From assembly GCA_017399965.1 (NCBI GenBank), contig JAFQAP010000026.1:22530-86529 (forward strand): a stretch of DNA of 64,000 nucleotides, read 5' to 3'. This document shows positions 38,625-49,900 of this stretch, in pieces (the first letter of the stretch is position 1; every line of letters starts with the position of its first letter). The position numbers and the translations under genes are program-made. The notes below the pieces were generated by a model that was not told where the DNA came from, searched no databases, and was given only the letters and a program-made list of their open reading frames with translations. Source of the stretch: Clostridia bacterium. GTDB lineage: Bacteria > Bacillota > Clostridia > Oscillospirales > CAG-382.

Positions 38625-39029
38625 ATGAAAAAACATCTTAAACAATACGTCACGTATTTCGGTATAGGCATAACCGTCGCTGTAATTATGGCGTGTATAT
38701 GGAATTTGTTTGATCAAACCGAGCTTTTGCCGATTTTAAAGATCGTTTCGGACAGCTTTACGGTTCCCGGAGTTGCTTTTATTGGACTTTGCCTGCTCGG
38801 CTGGGTCGGCTCTAAGGGCGGATTCGATCTTTTCGGATACTCTTTTAATACCTTTTTGGGATATTTCAAAAGAGAAACCTATTATTCAAAGCCGGAATCA
38901 TATTACGATTACTGCGAAAAGAAGAACAAAAAGCGCAAGCCTTTTGACCTGCCGATGCTTTTAACCGGCGCTTTCTTCCTTTTCCTTGCCATTGTGTTTA
39001 TGGTCGTGTTCCTTGTTCTGGATAAATAA
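38625..39029 (+). CDS. DUF3899-like membrane protein
   Basis: 3 TM, GxFDxxGYS and YYDY motifs, last gene of the opp operon. Confidence 0.65.
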   Translation: MKKHLKQYVTYFGIGITVAVIMACIWNLFDQTELLPILKIVSDSFTVPGVAFIGLCLLGWVGSKGGFDLFGYSFNTFLGYFKRETYYSKPESYYDYCEKKNKKRKPFDLPMLLTGAFFLFLAIVFMVVFLVLDK

Positions 39030-39038
39030 CTGTGTTTT

Positions 39039-39070
39039 AAGCAAGTCTGCACACGCAGACTTGCTTTTTT
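39039..39070 (+). terminator. Intrinsic terminator of the opp operon
   Basis: AAGCAAGTCTGC/GCAGACTTGCTT + T-run. Confidence 0.85.
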
Positions 39071-39073
39071 GTC

Positions 39074-39108
39074 GGGGTCCCCAAGAAGCCGTTAGGCTTC
39101 TTGGGGTG
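39074..39108 (+). repeat. REP-like palindrome copy 3
   Basis: GGGGTCCCCAAGAAGCC-GTTA-GGCTTCTTGGGGTG. Confidence 0.8.
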
Positions 39109-39201
39109 ATTATTGGTTTCTTAGGTTGATTTATCGCGGTTTTATTGACTTAATAAATGCGTTGTGCTAAAATAAAGTGTTAAGAAGATTATCGGAGGCG
39201 C

Positions 39202-39882
39202 ATGATGAAACGTATTATATGGCTGGGGCAGGCGGGACTTGTTTTTGAAAACGAGTTTTGCACCTTTATGGTGGACCCATATCTTTCCGACAGCGTTAAG
39301 GATATAGAACCCCAAAATTACCGCCGTGTTCCCGTAGACAATAAAATGTTTGAAATAAAGCCTAATATTCTTGTGTTTACTCATGCACATCTTGATCATT
39401 ACGATCCTGAAACAGTAAAGCATTTTTTAACCGAAAATTCCGAGATAACTGTGCTTTCTCCACGTTCTGTTTGGGAAAAGGTGCGTTTGTTCGGCGGAAA
39501 GAACAATTATATTCTATTTGATGCGGGCACGGAATGTACCGTTAACGGAATTCGCTTTACTGCGGTAAAAGCCGTTCACAGCGATCCTTACGCTATCGGT
39601 GTCCTGCTGGACGACGGAAGTAAAAAATACTACGTTACGGGCGATACTCTCTATAACAGCAGTATTTTTAATTCAATTCCCAAAGATATTTATGCCGTTT
39701 TCCTGCCCGTAAACGGTGTGGGGAACAATATGAATATGACAGATGCCGCCCGTTTTGTTGAAAAGATAGATCCGATATATGCGGTTCCTATGCATATCGG
39801 AATGTTTGACAATAGATCCCCAAATGATTTTATATGCGATAAAAAGGTTATTCCCGAAATATATAAGGAGATACAGCTATGA
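39202..39882 (+). CDS. Metallo-beta-lactamase-fold hydrolase (UlaG-like lactonase)
   Basis: WLGQAG, DPYLS, THAHLDH, TGDT, PMH. Confidence 0.85.
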   Translation: MMKRIIWLGQAGLVFENEFCTFMVDPYLSDSVKDIEPQNYRRVPVDNKMFEIKPNILVFTHAHLDHYDPETVKHFLTENSEITVLSPRSVWEKVRLFGGKNNYILFDAGTECTVNGIRFTAVKAVHSDPYAIGVLLDDGSKKYYVTGDTLYNSSIFNSIPKDIYAVFLPVNGVGNNMNMTDAARFVEKIDPIYAVPMHIGMFDNRSPNDFICDKKVIPEIYKEIQL

Positions 39883-41039
39883 AGGTTACAGACGTTAAAT
39901 GTTTTACTGTAGATTGCTTCCGCACCAACTGGGTGTTTGTTAAGATATACACCGACGCAGGTATCGACGGTGTGGGAGAAGCCACTCTGGAATACAAAGA
40001 AAAGGCACTTATCGGCGCCGTTGAACATATTAAAGAGTATCTTGTGGGCAAAAATCCTCTCGATATCGAAAAGCATTTTCACGATATATACAGAGACGCA
40101 TACTGGCGGGGCGGAGCGGTACTTATGTCCGCGCTTTCCGCAGTAGAGTGCGCTTTGTGGGATATTCTGGGTAAACATCTGGGCGTGCCCGTGTATCAGC
40201 TTTTGGGCGGCAGAGTTAACGATAAGGTCCGCATATATGTAAACGGTTGGTTCGCAGGGGCAAAAACTCCCGCAGAGTTCGGCGAAAAAGCCCGTATTGC
40301 CGTTCAGCGTGGTATTACCGCGATGAAGTGGGATCCTTTTGGAAAATCCTATCTTGAAATTTCAAATAAAGACCTTAATACAGCCCTGGAATGTGTGGCG
40401 GCGGTAAGAGATGCGGTGGGCAACGATGTTGACCTGCTTATTGAAGGCCACGGCAGATTTAACGTTCCTACGGGTATAAAGATCGCCAAGGAACTGGAGC
40501 AGTTCAAGCCTATGCTGTTTGAAGAACCCACTCCTCCCGATAATTTAGAGGCACTTAAAGCCGTGCGGGATAAATCTCCCGTTGCTATTTCCGCAGGGGA
40601 AAGACTTTACACCCTTAAATCCTATAAAGATCTGTTCGAAATGCGGGCGGCAGATTATATCCAGCCGGATATTTCCCACGCAGGCGGTATTATGGAGCTT
40701 AAAAAGATCGCCGCTGTTGCCGAGGCATATTATATTCCCTTTGCGCCTCATAATCCTTCCGGCCCCGTGGCAAACGCCGCTACCCTTCAAATAGCCGCTT
40801 GCTGTCCCAATTTCTCCATTCTGGAAATAATGTACAGCGATGTTGAGTGGCGCAAGGACGTAACAAATGAATTCCTTGAATACAAGGACGGATATATTAC
40901 AATTCCCTCCAAGCCCGGTCTGGGTATAGAGATAAACGAGGAAGAGTGTCTTAAGCACCCGTATCAGCCTCATACTCTCCGCCATTATACCGGCGCGCTT
41001 ACGGATATCCGCCCCGCAAAAAGCGAATTTTATTTCTAA
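39879..41039 (+). CDS. dgoD: Galactonate dehydratase-like enolase-superfamily enzyme
   Basis: GVGEATLE, ALWDILGK, IEGHGR, EEP, GER, QPD..HAGG, APHNP; exact substrate not provable from sequence. Confidence 0.75.
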   Translation: MKVTDVKCFTVDCFRTNWVFVKIYTDAGIDGVGEATLEYKEKALIGAVEHIKEYLVGKNPLDIEKHFHDIYRDAYWRGGAVLMSALSAVECALWDILGKHLGVPVYQLLGGRVNDKVRIYVNGWFAGAKTPAEFGEKARIAVQRGITAMKWDPFGKSYLEISNKDLNTALECVAAVRDAVGNDVDLLIEGHGRFNVPTGIKIAKELEQFKPMLFEEPTPPDNLEALKAVRDKSPVAISAGERLYTLKSYKDLFEMRAADYIQPDISHAGGIMELKKIAAVAEAYYIPFAPHNPSGPVANAATLQIAACCPNFSILEIMYSDVEWRKDVTNEFLEYKDGYITIPSKPGLGIEINEEECLKHPYQPHTLRHYTGALTDIRPAKSEFYF

Positions 41040-41051
41040 GGAGCGCTTCCT

Positions 41052-41846
41052 ATGAAAAACGCAGTTTTTATAACCGGCGCCTGCAGAGGCACGGGATACA
41101 GAATAGCAGAGGTTTTTGCACAAAACGGATGGAGCGTTATCGTTACCGGCAGAAACGGTAAGGATGCTTATGAAGCGGCAGAAAAGCTTGGCAATACCTA
41201 CGGTGTTTTTGCAAAGGGATACGAATGCAATATCCGCAACGAACAGCAGGTAATAGATATATTCAACGATATAGATAAAAGCGGTGTTTTTGTTCAAACC
41301 GTAGTGCTTTGCGCCGCAGATCTCGGCTTCGGTACCGACCCTTCCAAGGGTATGGATTTCTTTACGGTGCCTGTAGAGGAATTCGGGCGAGTTTTCGAAA
41401 CCAACCTGGTGTGGAATTTTACCATCGTTCGTCAGGCGGCACTGCGTATGCGTGGAAAAGGGAAGGGAAGTATAGTCTTTATTTCCTCCAACACCGCATA
41501 TAACGCCATACCCAACCGCAGCGCATACTGTGCATCCAAGGGCGGTATAAACTCACTTTCCAAAGCTCTTGCGGTGGATCTGGGCAAATACGGTATAAGA
41601 AGCAACGTAGTGCTTCCCGGCACCATAAAGACTGCCCGTTGGGAAGCTATGGGCAGCAGCGCTATAAGCGGAAAGCTTACTCCTATAGGCGATATTTCGG
41701 ATTTCGACGATATCGCAAACGCGGTATGGTTTTTCGGTACCGATCTTTCCAAAAACGTAACCGGATCCGAGCTTATCGTGGACGGAGGAATGGCTTCCCA
41801 GCTTTATCCCGATTACCTTAACGAACTCATAAGAAAAGAGCAGTAA
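41052..41846 (+). CDS. SDR-family oxidoreductase
   Basis: TGACRGTG, S...YCASK, VTGSELIVDGG. Confidence 0.9.
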   Translation: MKNAVFITGACRGTGYRIAEVFAQNGWSVIVTGRNGKDAYEAAEKLGNTYGVFAKGYECNIRNEQQVIDIFNDIDKSGVFVQTVVLCAADLGFGTDPSKGMDFFTVPVEEFGRVFETNLVWNFTIVRQAALRMRGKGKGSIVFISSNTAYNAIPNRSAYCASKGGINSLSKALAVDLGKYGIRSNVVLPGTIKTARWEAMGSSAISGKLTPIGDISDFDDIANAVWFFGTDLSKNVTGSELIVDGGMASQLYPDYLNELIRKEQ

Positions 41847-41847
41847 A

Positions 41848-42198
41848 ATGGAAGAACTTTTGGTTTTGGATTACGACGGAAAAGGATATTTTTCCCATTT
41901 CAAATACGGTGCTTGGCGTATAGCATATCTTAATTATGCGCCTATGTTCACCAAAGAGGGCATAACATATCTCGAACGGCATAACGAAACTGACGAGGTG
42001 TTTATACTCTTGGAAGGAACAGCATCCCTTTTTATGGGAGAAGACGCCGTGGAAACGCAAATGGAAAAATTCCGTTCTTATATAGTAAAAAAGGGTGCGT
42101 GGCACAATATTGTCGTTTCCGAGGACGCAAAGGTGCTTATCGTAGAAAACGCAGACACAGGCAAGAGTAATTCGGAATATCTGCCTTTCAGGTTTTAG
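41848..42198 (+). CDS. Cupin-like protein
   Basis: ERHNETDEVFILLEG...KKGAWH metal-binding pattern. Confidence 0.7.
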   Translation: MEELLVLDYDGKGYFSHFKYGAWRIAYLNYAPMFTKEGITYLERHNETDEVFILLEGTASLFMGEDAVETQMEKFRSYIVKKGAWHNIVVSEDAKVLIVENADTGKSNSEYLPFRF

Positions 42199-42201
42199 AT
42201 T

Positions 42202-43407
42202 ATGGAAAATAAAGATTTTGAAACAGCGGTGGATGCCGCAAAGCGTTTTAACGTAACCGTACGCGCTGTACAGAAATGGGCTGCGGCAGGCAAGATAGAC
42301 GGTGCAAAAAAAATCGGCAGAACCTGGTTCATACCCAAAGATGCCGTTCTTTCAAATGACGCCGCGGAAACAAAAGAACAAACAGAAAAAATATATAAAA
42401 TATCGGATTTCCGTCCCACAATGCCGTTGCTTAACGCATCCTTCGAACTCGGGCACTGTCTGGAATACGTGCAGTCTATCACCGATGAAGACGACCGCAA
42501 TATCGCAATGGCTGAATATCTGTTTTATTCCGGCAGGGCGGAAGAGGCGGTTGAGTTGCTCGAACAGTATCTTGACTGTCCGGATATTTCTCTGCGCTAT
42601 TCTGCCTCCGTGCTTACCATTTTTGCCAGCATTTCCCACGGTAACGCAAAAAAGGCGGAACACGCCACGGAAGTAGTAACGTCTCTTATCAAAGCTTCAT
42701 TCAGCAACCACGTTTCTCCCGAAATCATTGCTGTAGGAATTATGACTTCGGTAGGCGGCTCCGTGCTGTGGCATGCTCCCGTTCCCGAACATCTGCCCGA
42801 TCTTGCTGCCTACGTAAAATATCTTCCCGGCGGATACCGGCTTTGGTGCTGTTATCTTTTGGCGCACAAAGCGTATCTTGAAAAGGATTACGTAAAGGCT
42901 CTTACTATTGCCGATATGTCCCTGGCTTTCTGCGATAAAACATATCCTCTGGCAGAAATATATGTTCACCTTATTTCGGTTATAGCATTAATGAACCTTC
43001 GCAGGCCGGAAGAAGCGCAAAAACGGTTTGAGCGCGTCTGGGAACTTACATACAGAGATGGATTTGTGGAACCTATTGCAGAGCACCATGGAATGATGCT
43101 GGGAATAATAGAAGTGTATTATAAACGAACCCATCCCAAGGATTTCAAAAAGCTTATGGAAATTACCGGCGTTTTCGGAAAACTGTGGCGCAAAATACAC
43201 AATATACGCACCGCATCAGAGGTTACGGATAACCTTACTACCACCGAATTCACCGTGGCAATGCTGTATAACAGAGGATGGTCTGCACAGGAGATAGCCT
43301 CTTTTCTGGATGTTTCCGAATCCACCATCAGAAACTATATAAAAACGATATATGTTAAACTCGGGATTTCCGATAAAAAATCGCTTGCAAAATATATGAT
43401 AAAATAA
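42202..43407 (+). CDS. Transcriptional regulator: N-terminal excisionase-like HTH, central helical region, C-terminal LuxR HTH
   Basis: AAKRFNVTVRAVQKW...KIGRTWFIP; LTTTE...GWSAQEIASFLDVSESTIRNYIKTIYVKLGI. Confidence 0.85.
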   Translation: MENKDFETAVDAAKRFNVTVRAVQKWAAAGKIDGAKKIGRTWFIPKDAVLSNDAAETKEQTEKIYKISDFRPTMPLLNASFELGHCLEYVQSITDEDDRNIAMAEYLFYSGRAEEAVELLEQYLDCPDISLRYSASVLTIFASISHGNAKKAEHATEVVTSLIKASFSNHVSPEIIAVGIMTSVGGSVLWHAPVPEHLPDLAAYVKYLPGGYRLWCCYLLAHKAYLEKDYVKALTIADMSLAFCDKTYPLAEIYVHLISVIALMNLRRPEEAQKRFERVWELTYRDGFVEPIAEHHGMMLGIIEVYYKRTHPKDFKKLMEITGVFGKLWRKIHNIRTASEVTDNLTTTEFTVAMLYNRGWSAQEIASFLDVSESTIRNYIKTIYVKLGISDKKSLAKYMIK

Positions 43408-43454
43408 TATATGCGAACACAGCCGTTCGCTTAACGAACAAAAAACATATATTT

Positions 43455-43484
43455 AAAAAACGCCTTTAAATTGGGCGTTTTTTT
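43455..43484 (+). terminator. Intrinsic terminator
   Basis: AAAAAACGCC/GGCGTTTTTT. Confidence 0.75.
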
Positions 43485-43612
43485 GTTTTTTTGCTTTTTT
43501 GGATCAGTTATATTTTGGTTTTAAAGTGTATAAAATTTTTTTATTATGGGTCTAACGCAAAAAAACATAACGTGGTATACTGTCACCGTAATAAACTGAA
43601 AGGTTTTTATTT

Positions 43613-43957
43613 ATGGAAAATATAAAAACAAGAACATATCGTTTAGACGGTGATGAATTGGAAACCGTCTTTAAATACGATGAGGATTTCGGAATTTGGG
43701 TAGAAGAATACGTGGATTTTGAAAGCGTTCCCCGTTTTACACCAAACGGCAGGCGATGGCGAAGCGTAACCACCACCGATTGTATATATTCAGACCCCGA
43801 ATTCAGAGATTGCGGTACTTGCCCGTATTTGTGCAAAGAAAGAAGCGAAGATCTTATAGGCGTCTGCTTTAACGAGCGCCTACGGGAAAATTCGGAAGAT
43901 ACCGCTGTCAGATCAGAAATAAAAAGCATCAATATACAGAAAGGCGTTGAATTATGA
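43613..43957 (+). CDS. Small Cys-motif hypothetical protein
   Basis: C-x9-CGTC-x14-C; GAAAGG RBS; stop overlaps the adhesin start (ATGA). Confidence 0.7.
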   Translation: MENIKTRTYRLDGDELETVFKYDEDFGIWVEEYVDFESVPRFTPNGRRWRSVTTTDCIYSDPEFRDCGTCPYLCKERSEDLIGVCFNERLRENSEDTAVRSEIKSINIQKGVEL

Positions 43958-46900
43958 AAATACGAAACGTAACAAAAAAATCTCTAAGCGTTCTGCTTAT
44001 ACTTTGCCTTATTTTACCGTGTTTGCCTGTTTTCTATATAAATTTCGGGGCAAACGCAGCAGCCGCAACTACTATTGTGGTTGATCCTTCCGGCGCTTCC
44101 AACTATCATCAGATGTTGGGAACCGGTGCAGACGGCAACAGATACTCCGGCAGAGTATGGTTCGATAAATCTCTGTTCGCACCCGGGGACGAAGCAAAGC
44201 TCCCTCTGCACGATGATTTTACGGGCCTTGCTACAGATACGATCAAGATCGACAGCAGCTTTATGGTTGTTGGCTCTGCATTGGGCTCTACCACTTCTGT
44301 CACGACCACCACTTCAACTGCTGCATCTATAGACGTTGTGCTTATTCTGGATAACTCCACCTCGATGTACGAGGAAAGTAATAATACATCCAGACTTGAA
44401 AAAGTAGTTTCGGCGGCTAACAGTCTTATTAAGGGCATTACATCCGGCGAAAACAACCGTCTTGCTATTGTTGCTTATTCCGGCGAAGCAGAAACCTTGC
44501 TTCCCCTTAACTATTATAAAGACAATGATAGTGTGCTCAGCATTTCCACCGTTACAACGGGTAGCGGTTGGAACCGGACTACCAATCACTATTACACCGC
44601 AAGCGCTACTCCCGTCGGATCAAACGAAGCCGTTTCCGAAACCTTCAGCGTAAGCCAATGGGGTACAAACGTTCAGATCGGCGTTGATATGGGTATGAAG
44701 CTTCTTTCCAACGCATCCGATACCTCCGGCAGAGTTCCCGTTGTTATTCTTCTTACCGACGGTGTTTCCAACGTGGCCTCTACTCGGGACTGGTACGCGC
44801 CCACTTTTACCAACCGCGGTAACCACGGCAATCCTACCAACCAGTACGTTTCCTTTGCAACATTGCTTACTGCCGCTTACGGCAGATCCCGCATTACCGC
44901 AAATTACGGCAAGGCTCCCACTGTTTACGGTATAGGCGTTGACCTTACCGCAGGCAGCGATGCAAGCGTTGTAATGGACCCTGCAAACTATCTTAAGCCC
45001 ACCGGTTCAAATGTTGCAGCGAACACTTATGCTTTGTTTGAACGGTGGAAGACTACAAACCTTACTTTCTCTTATGAATATGATTCCGGCGGAAGCGAAT
45101 ATACTTGGCGATACGAACAGCTTCCTTCCAATTATCCCGGAACAAAGCAGGATATTATCGATAATATCAACTACGTTGATAAGTATTATCCCATCGGAAG
45201 CGAAAAAATATCCGAAGTTTTCGATGAAATACTTATAGAGATAAACGAAAAAGCTTTCGTTCCTCTGGTAGATAAAGTTGTTCAGGGCGAGATCGAAGTA
45301 GATACTCCTCTTACATACGTTGATTTTATCGGCGAGTATATGGAGGTCAAGGAATTCAAAGCCGTAACTCTGTTCGGCAAGATATATTCCGTTTCCAAAT
45401 CTCTTGAAGCTCCCGTTATAACCGACGCGGTTAACGGCGGTACGATTACCAGAACAAAGGTGACAAAATATATCGTTGAATCCGACACGGTTACAAACGA
45501 AGTTGCCGGCGTAACTTACGATATTTCCGAAGCACTTAAGATAACCGTTACGGACATCTACACCGTCAAGCTTAACGAAAACGGCGTATACGAGAGAACA
45601 AGTCCCGTTAAGCAGGAAGTCCGTGCAACCATTCCCTCCACCGCACTGCCTCTTATTTACGATAAAGTCGTAAATAATGACGGCGAGATCACCTACGAAA
45701 CCAACCGCGGCGAAGTAACTCCTCTCCGCCTCTATTACACGGTTGATATGGTTGATGAAATTCTGGATGCAAACGGCAACGTTATTACCGACCTTCTTTC
45801 CGAAGATTATCTTGCAAAGAACACCAACCCTGACGGTACCGTAAACTTTTACGCAGGTCAGTACGGTGTGATGAACTCCGAAGAAACCATTAACGGCGTT
45901 TCCGGAATTTACAAGGGCGATTCCCACGCAGCAGCAACTCCTTCTGTTGATAACCGTTTTTATTACCACCAGAATAATTATCCCGTTAATATAACCGCAA
46001 CAGATAAAAACGGTAATGACATCGTTTGGGAAGCGGACGAATACGGTGTTCTCTATTATCAGGGCAACGGTATCGATCGGACTCTTAACGATGATTATAA
46101 GACCGAATACCTTCTTTATTCTCAGGTTGAAGGACTTTCGGATACCGATCAGGTATACACCATGGTAGGTTTCTACCGTCCCACCACAGGCGGCGCGGGC
46201 GAAGCTGTAGGCTATCTCGTTTATACGGAGTGGCAGTATCTCAAGGATTCCCTTGCATATTACGATAACGTAAACGGAGTTTACATCAACGGCTTTGAGG
46301 ACGGTGCATTTGTAACCTCCGAAACCGACGGCTACAATGTAGATACCTCTGTTGTGGATGCCTATATTGCCGCAAACGGACTGGAAAAGTCCGATATAAT
46401 CTGCGTACTCGGTGTGGACACCTGGCGTACCAGCCGTCTGCATAATATGACTATTCCGAAGACGGAAAATCCCACCGGCACCGCAGAATATGCTGTTTAT
46501 CCTACTCACAACGTAAGCGCTCTTCACGACGGAAGCCTTGTTTCCTGGTTTGGTAACAACGGTAAAATGTCTGTTATCCCTCAGCAGGGTATATCCGTAT
46601 CAAAGACTGTTACTCAGGCTGTAAGCGGCGCAGAAACCCAGTTCGAAATAACCGTTACCATAGACGGTACAGATTTCACTCCCGCATTCCTGGATACTAA
46701 CGGCAACGCTTTAAGCGGTATTTCCGTTGTAAAGAATAACAGCACCCAAAAGACCATAGTTACTCTTAATCTTTCCGCAAACGAAACGGTATATATAACC
46801 AACCTTCCTACCGGAGCGAAGTACACCGTTTCCGAAAAGGCAAGCAATTACTACACACCCGCATACACCAATGAAGCAGGTGTTGTTGCCGCAAATACGC

Positions 46901-49900
46901 TGACACACGTTTCCGTTGTAAATACTCCCAAGGCATACGGAAATCTCATAATCTCCAAAGAGGTTATCCACCCCTTCGGCGGAAATCTTGATAACGAATT
47001 CGATTTCGTGCTCACCATCAATGGTTTGACTCAGTGGGAAATAGACAACGTGCTTTCCGTACCCGCAGGGGCTACCGTAACTCTTACAGGTAACGTAGCA
47101 ACCGTAACCGGAATAAGAATAAAGGACGGTGCTTCCGTAACCGTATCCGGTATTCCCGTAGGCGCAGGCTACGTTGTTCAGGAGCTTGCCGAAGCAGGAT
47201 TTACTCTTGATGCCGCAAAAACCACCGGCACTTCGGGCGTGATTTCCGCAACCACATCTTATGCGGATTTTGTAAATACCTACGATCCTCATCCTCCCGT
47301 TAATGCGGATATAACCGTAAGCGGTACAAAGACTCTTACCGCCAACGCAACAGGGGATTGGACCTTCACCTTTAAGGTACAAAAGCTTAACGGTACCGTA
47401 TATGAAGATGTTGCAGGTGCAACCGCATCCGTAAACCTCACTTCAACCGGCACCAAGGATTATACTATTTCTCTTGCAGAAAACTATACTACCGTAGGTA
47501 CTCATTATTACCGTGTAGTGGAAGTGCACGGCACAGATCCCGCAATGACCTATGATACCGTTGAAGGACTCTTCAAGGTCACCGTTTCCGACCCCGGCGT
47601 TATCGACGGTGTTCTGGTAGTTGATGTTGAAACTGTATCCGATTCCACCGTAACCTCCAATATTATAGGCGGAACCGAATATTTCACCGTTGACGTGGAT
47701 TTTAACAACCTGTACGATGCAAACGACACCCACGCAGAGCTTAATATCCAAAAGATACTGAACAACAATACCGGTGTTCCCGTACCTCTCAATATCTTTA
47801 GCTTTGAGCTTAAGCAGGGCGGTGCGGTCATACATACCGCACATACCGATGCAAGCGGAAAAGCGGTAATAGCTATTCCCATTGATGCTGAGGGAACTTA
47901 TCAGTACACCCTTTCCGAAGTAAACAGCGGAAAGCCCGGTATGACTTATGACACCACAGTATACAATGTAACCGTAAAAGCGGAAGATGAAGGCGGACAC
48001 CTGGTTGCAACCCTTACCATTGAAGGTGTTTCCGGCACTACCGCTACTTTTACAAATACTTATACTCTTGATCCTGTTTCCGTTATAATAGACGGTAACA
48101 AGATACTCCAAAACAAGACTCTTGTTGCAGGTCAGTTCAGTTTTGAGATTTACGAAACCGACGACGTATACCACGCGCTGGTAAACGGATATACCGATAC
48201 CGTTTCCAACGCTTCGAGCGGCGCTTTCTCCTTTGAGCTTCCTCAGTATACAAAGGCAGGCACTTACAGATACGTTATCAAAGAGATAATACCCGCAGCG
48301 GCACAAAATAACCTGCTTGACGGTATTACCTATGACGATTCCGTATACCACGTAACTGTTACCGTAACCGACGATGGCAACGGCAAGCTGGCTTCCTCTG
48401 TTCAGATATCCAAACTGGGCGCAGGCAGCGTTGCGGATGTTACCTTCACCAACGTATATAAGGCTGTAGGTCAGGCGCAGCTTACCTTCCAAGGCGAAAA
48501 GACTCTTAACGGAAGAAACCTTTACGGTTCCGAATTCACCTTCGTTATCGAGGTGGAAAAAGACGGCGTTGCTCTTCCCGATGTTCACACCACCAACTTG
48601 TCCACAGGCAAGATCCAGTTCCCCACCTTTACCTATACCGAAGCAGATATAGGAAGCACCTTCGTATACCGTGTATACGAGTCGGTTCCCACCGGAGCAG
48701 TAAACAACGTCTATGAAGGCGTAACTTACACCAAGGTGGCATATTCCGTTTCCGTTTCCGTAAAGGATAACGGCGTAGGCGGAATTACTCTTGACGTGCT
48801 GGGTGATTACGAGGAGCTTGATTTCACCAATACCTATGAAGCTCAGCCCGTAAAGGTAGGCTTGGATGGCGTAAAGACCCTTAACGGCAGAGATATGGTT
48901 GCAGGCGAGTTCGAATTCGTTTTGAAGAATTCTGCAGACACCGCAATTGAGACCGTATCCAACAAGGCAGACGGAACCTTTACATTTGCAGACCTTACCT
49001 TTACCTCCGCAGGCGTATATACCTATACCGTGTCCGAGGTTAAGGGAAGCAAGGGCGGCGTAGCATACGACGAAACCGTATACACCGTAACCGTTACCGT
49101 AACCGATAACGGCAAGGGCATACTTACCGCATCCACGCTCATAAGCGGCAGCGGCTCCCTCTCCTTTACCAATATTTACAACACCGAAAACGTTGCTGTT
49201 AAGATATCCGGTACCAAGGCTCTTACAGGCAAGCCTCTGGAGGCAGGGGAATTCACCTTTGCAATATACAGAGCTATCATAGTTGACGGCAAGTTCGAAA
49301 TAAACGGCGATGAAATGGTAACCGCCACCAACGATGAAAACGGCGATTTCGTATTCCCCGATGGCGTGTTCACCGCTCCCGTCACCGCTCATTACATTAT
49401 TAAAGAGCTTAACGACGGCAAAACCGGTATAACCTACGATGATACCGTTTACAACATGACCATTACCGTTACCGATAACGGTGAAGGCGAATTGGTTGCA
49501 GACGTAGCTGTAACAGATATAAACGGTAACAAGACCGACGTTGAATTCAACAACATATTTACTCCCGCAGACCTTCCCGTATCCTTTGGCGGAACAAAGC
49601 AGTATAACAAGGCTTTGGCGGCAGGCGACTTCAGCTTCCAACTCAAAGATGAGGGCGGCAACGTGCTTAAAACCGTTTCCAACGACGTAAACGGAAACTT
49701 TAAGTTTGACGTTGTGTATACCGCTTCCGATATCGGCAAGACCTTCAAGTATACCGTATCCGAAGTTAACGGCGGCAAGGGCGGCGTAACCTACGATACC
49801 ACCGTGTACGAGTTCAGCGTAAGCGTGGTTAACGAAAACGGACTGTTGGTTGCAAACGTAAGCGGCGCAAACACAAACGCTCTTAACTTTAGCAACAGCT

